This document shows positions 43,079 to 43,205 of a DNA stretch of 43,205 nt, in pieces (positions within the stretch are counted from its first letter, which is position 1; the number at the start of each line of letters is the position of its first letter). The position numbers and the translations under genes were made by a program. The DNA is from a virus (taxonomy: Duplodnaviria; Caudoviricetes), in IMG/VR virus record IMGVR_UViG_3300027886_000002, positions 1 through 43,205 of that record. One strand, written 5' to 3'. Below the pieces are notes generated by a model. The model had not been told where the DNA came from. It saw only the letters and a program-made list of their open reading frames with translations, and ran no database searches.

Positions 43079-43205
43079 CTCTCGCCGGTGCGGCTGCGGC
43101 GCTGCGCGGCTATCGCGGCCGCATGGTGCGCCTCGCAGAGTCCCGCGCGCCGCGCCCGGTTGGTGCATTTCCGGCACAGCCCTTGCTTCTTTCGCAGCTC
43201 GGCTC
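43079..43205 (+). repeat. Terminal direct repeat copy 2
   Basis: Identical to 1-127. Confidence 0.9.

Larger units (their letters stand above)
1..43205. mobile_element. Complete circular dsDNA bacteriophage genome (podovirus-like Caudoviricetes), 43,078 bp unit length
   Basis: Exact 127 bp end overlap; TerL, TerS, portal, capsid, tail and replication genes present; no host housekeeping genes; no tape measure, integrase or RNAP recognised. Confidence 0.95.

Overview
The window is a complete, circularly assembled dsDNA tailed-phage genome of 43,078 bp. Positions 1-127 repeat exactly at 43079-43205. It is high-GC and has a podovirus-like gene set with no tape measure. The plus-strand morphogenesis arm runs from 28342 through the sequence end to 9876: major capsid, adaptor, tail fibre, tail nozzle, three ejection-type proteins, portal, scaffold, a tandem GroES-like protein, TerS and TerL. 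The minus-strand replication/nucleic-acid arm (25064 to 9936) encodes an Orn-like DEDDh nuclease, PD-(D/E)XK nuclease, SF2 helicase, family A DNA polymerase, DUF5664-like protein, RNA ligase, RuvC, metallophosphoesterase, Dam-like and Dcm-like methyltransferases and a primase-helicase. A divergent early/regulatory region lies at about 25.1-28.3 kb. I recognised no integrase, RNA polymerase, tRNA, CRISPR array or soluble endolysin. The most striking patterns are: (1) a family of small minus-strand genes, several antisense inside the late operon, each with its own sigma70-like promoter spaced 6 nt from the ATG (leaderless); (2) a candidate sRNA displaying an anti-Shine-Dalgarno loop; (3) a fused double-GroES gene and an HslV/proteasome-beta-like gene in the structural module; (4) a ParB-like domain inserted in an ejection protein; (5) near-total avoidance of GATC. 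All product calls come from motifs read by eye, not database searches. A Myxococcota-like host is an inference only.
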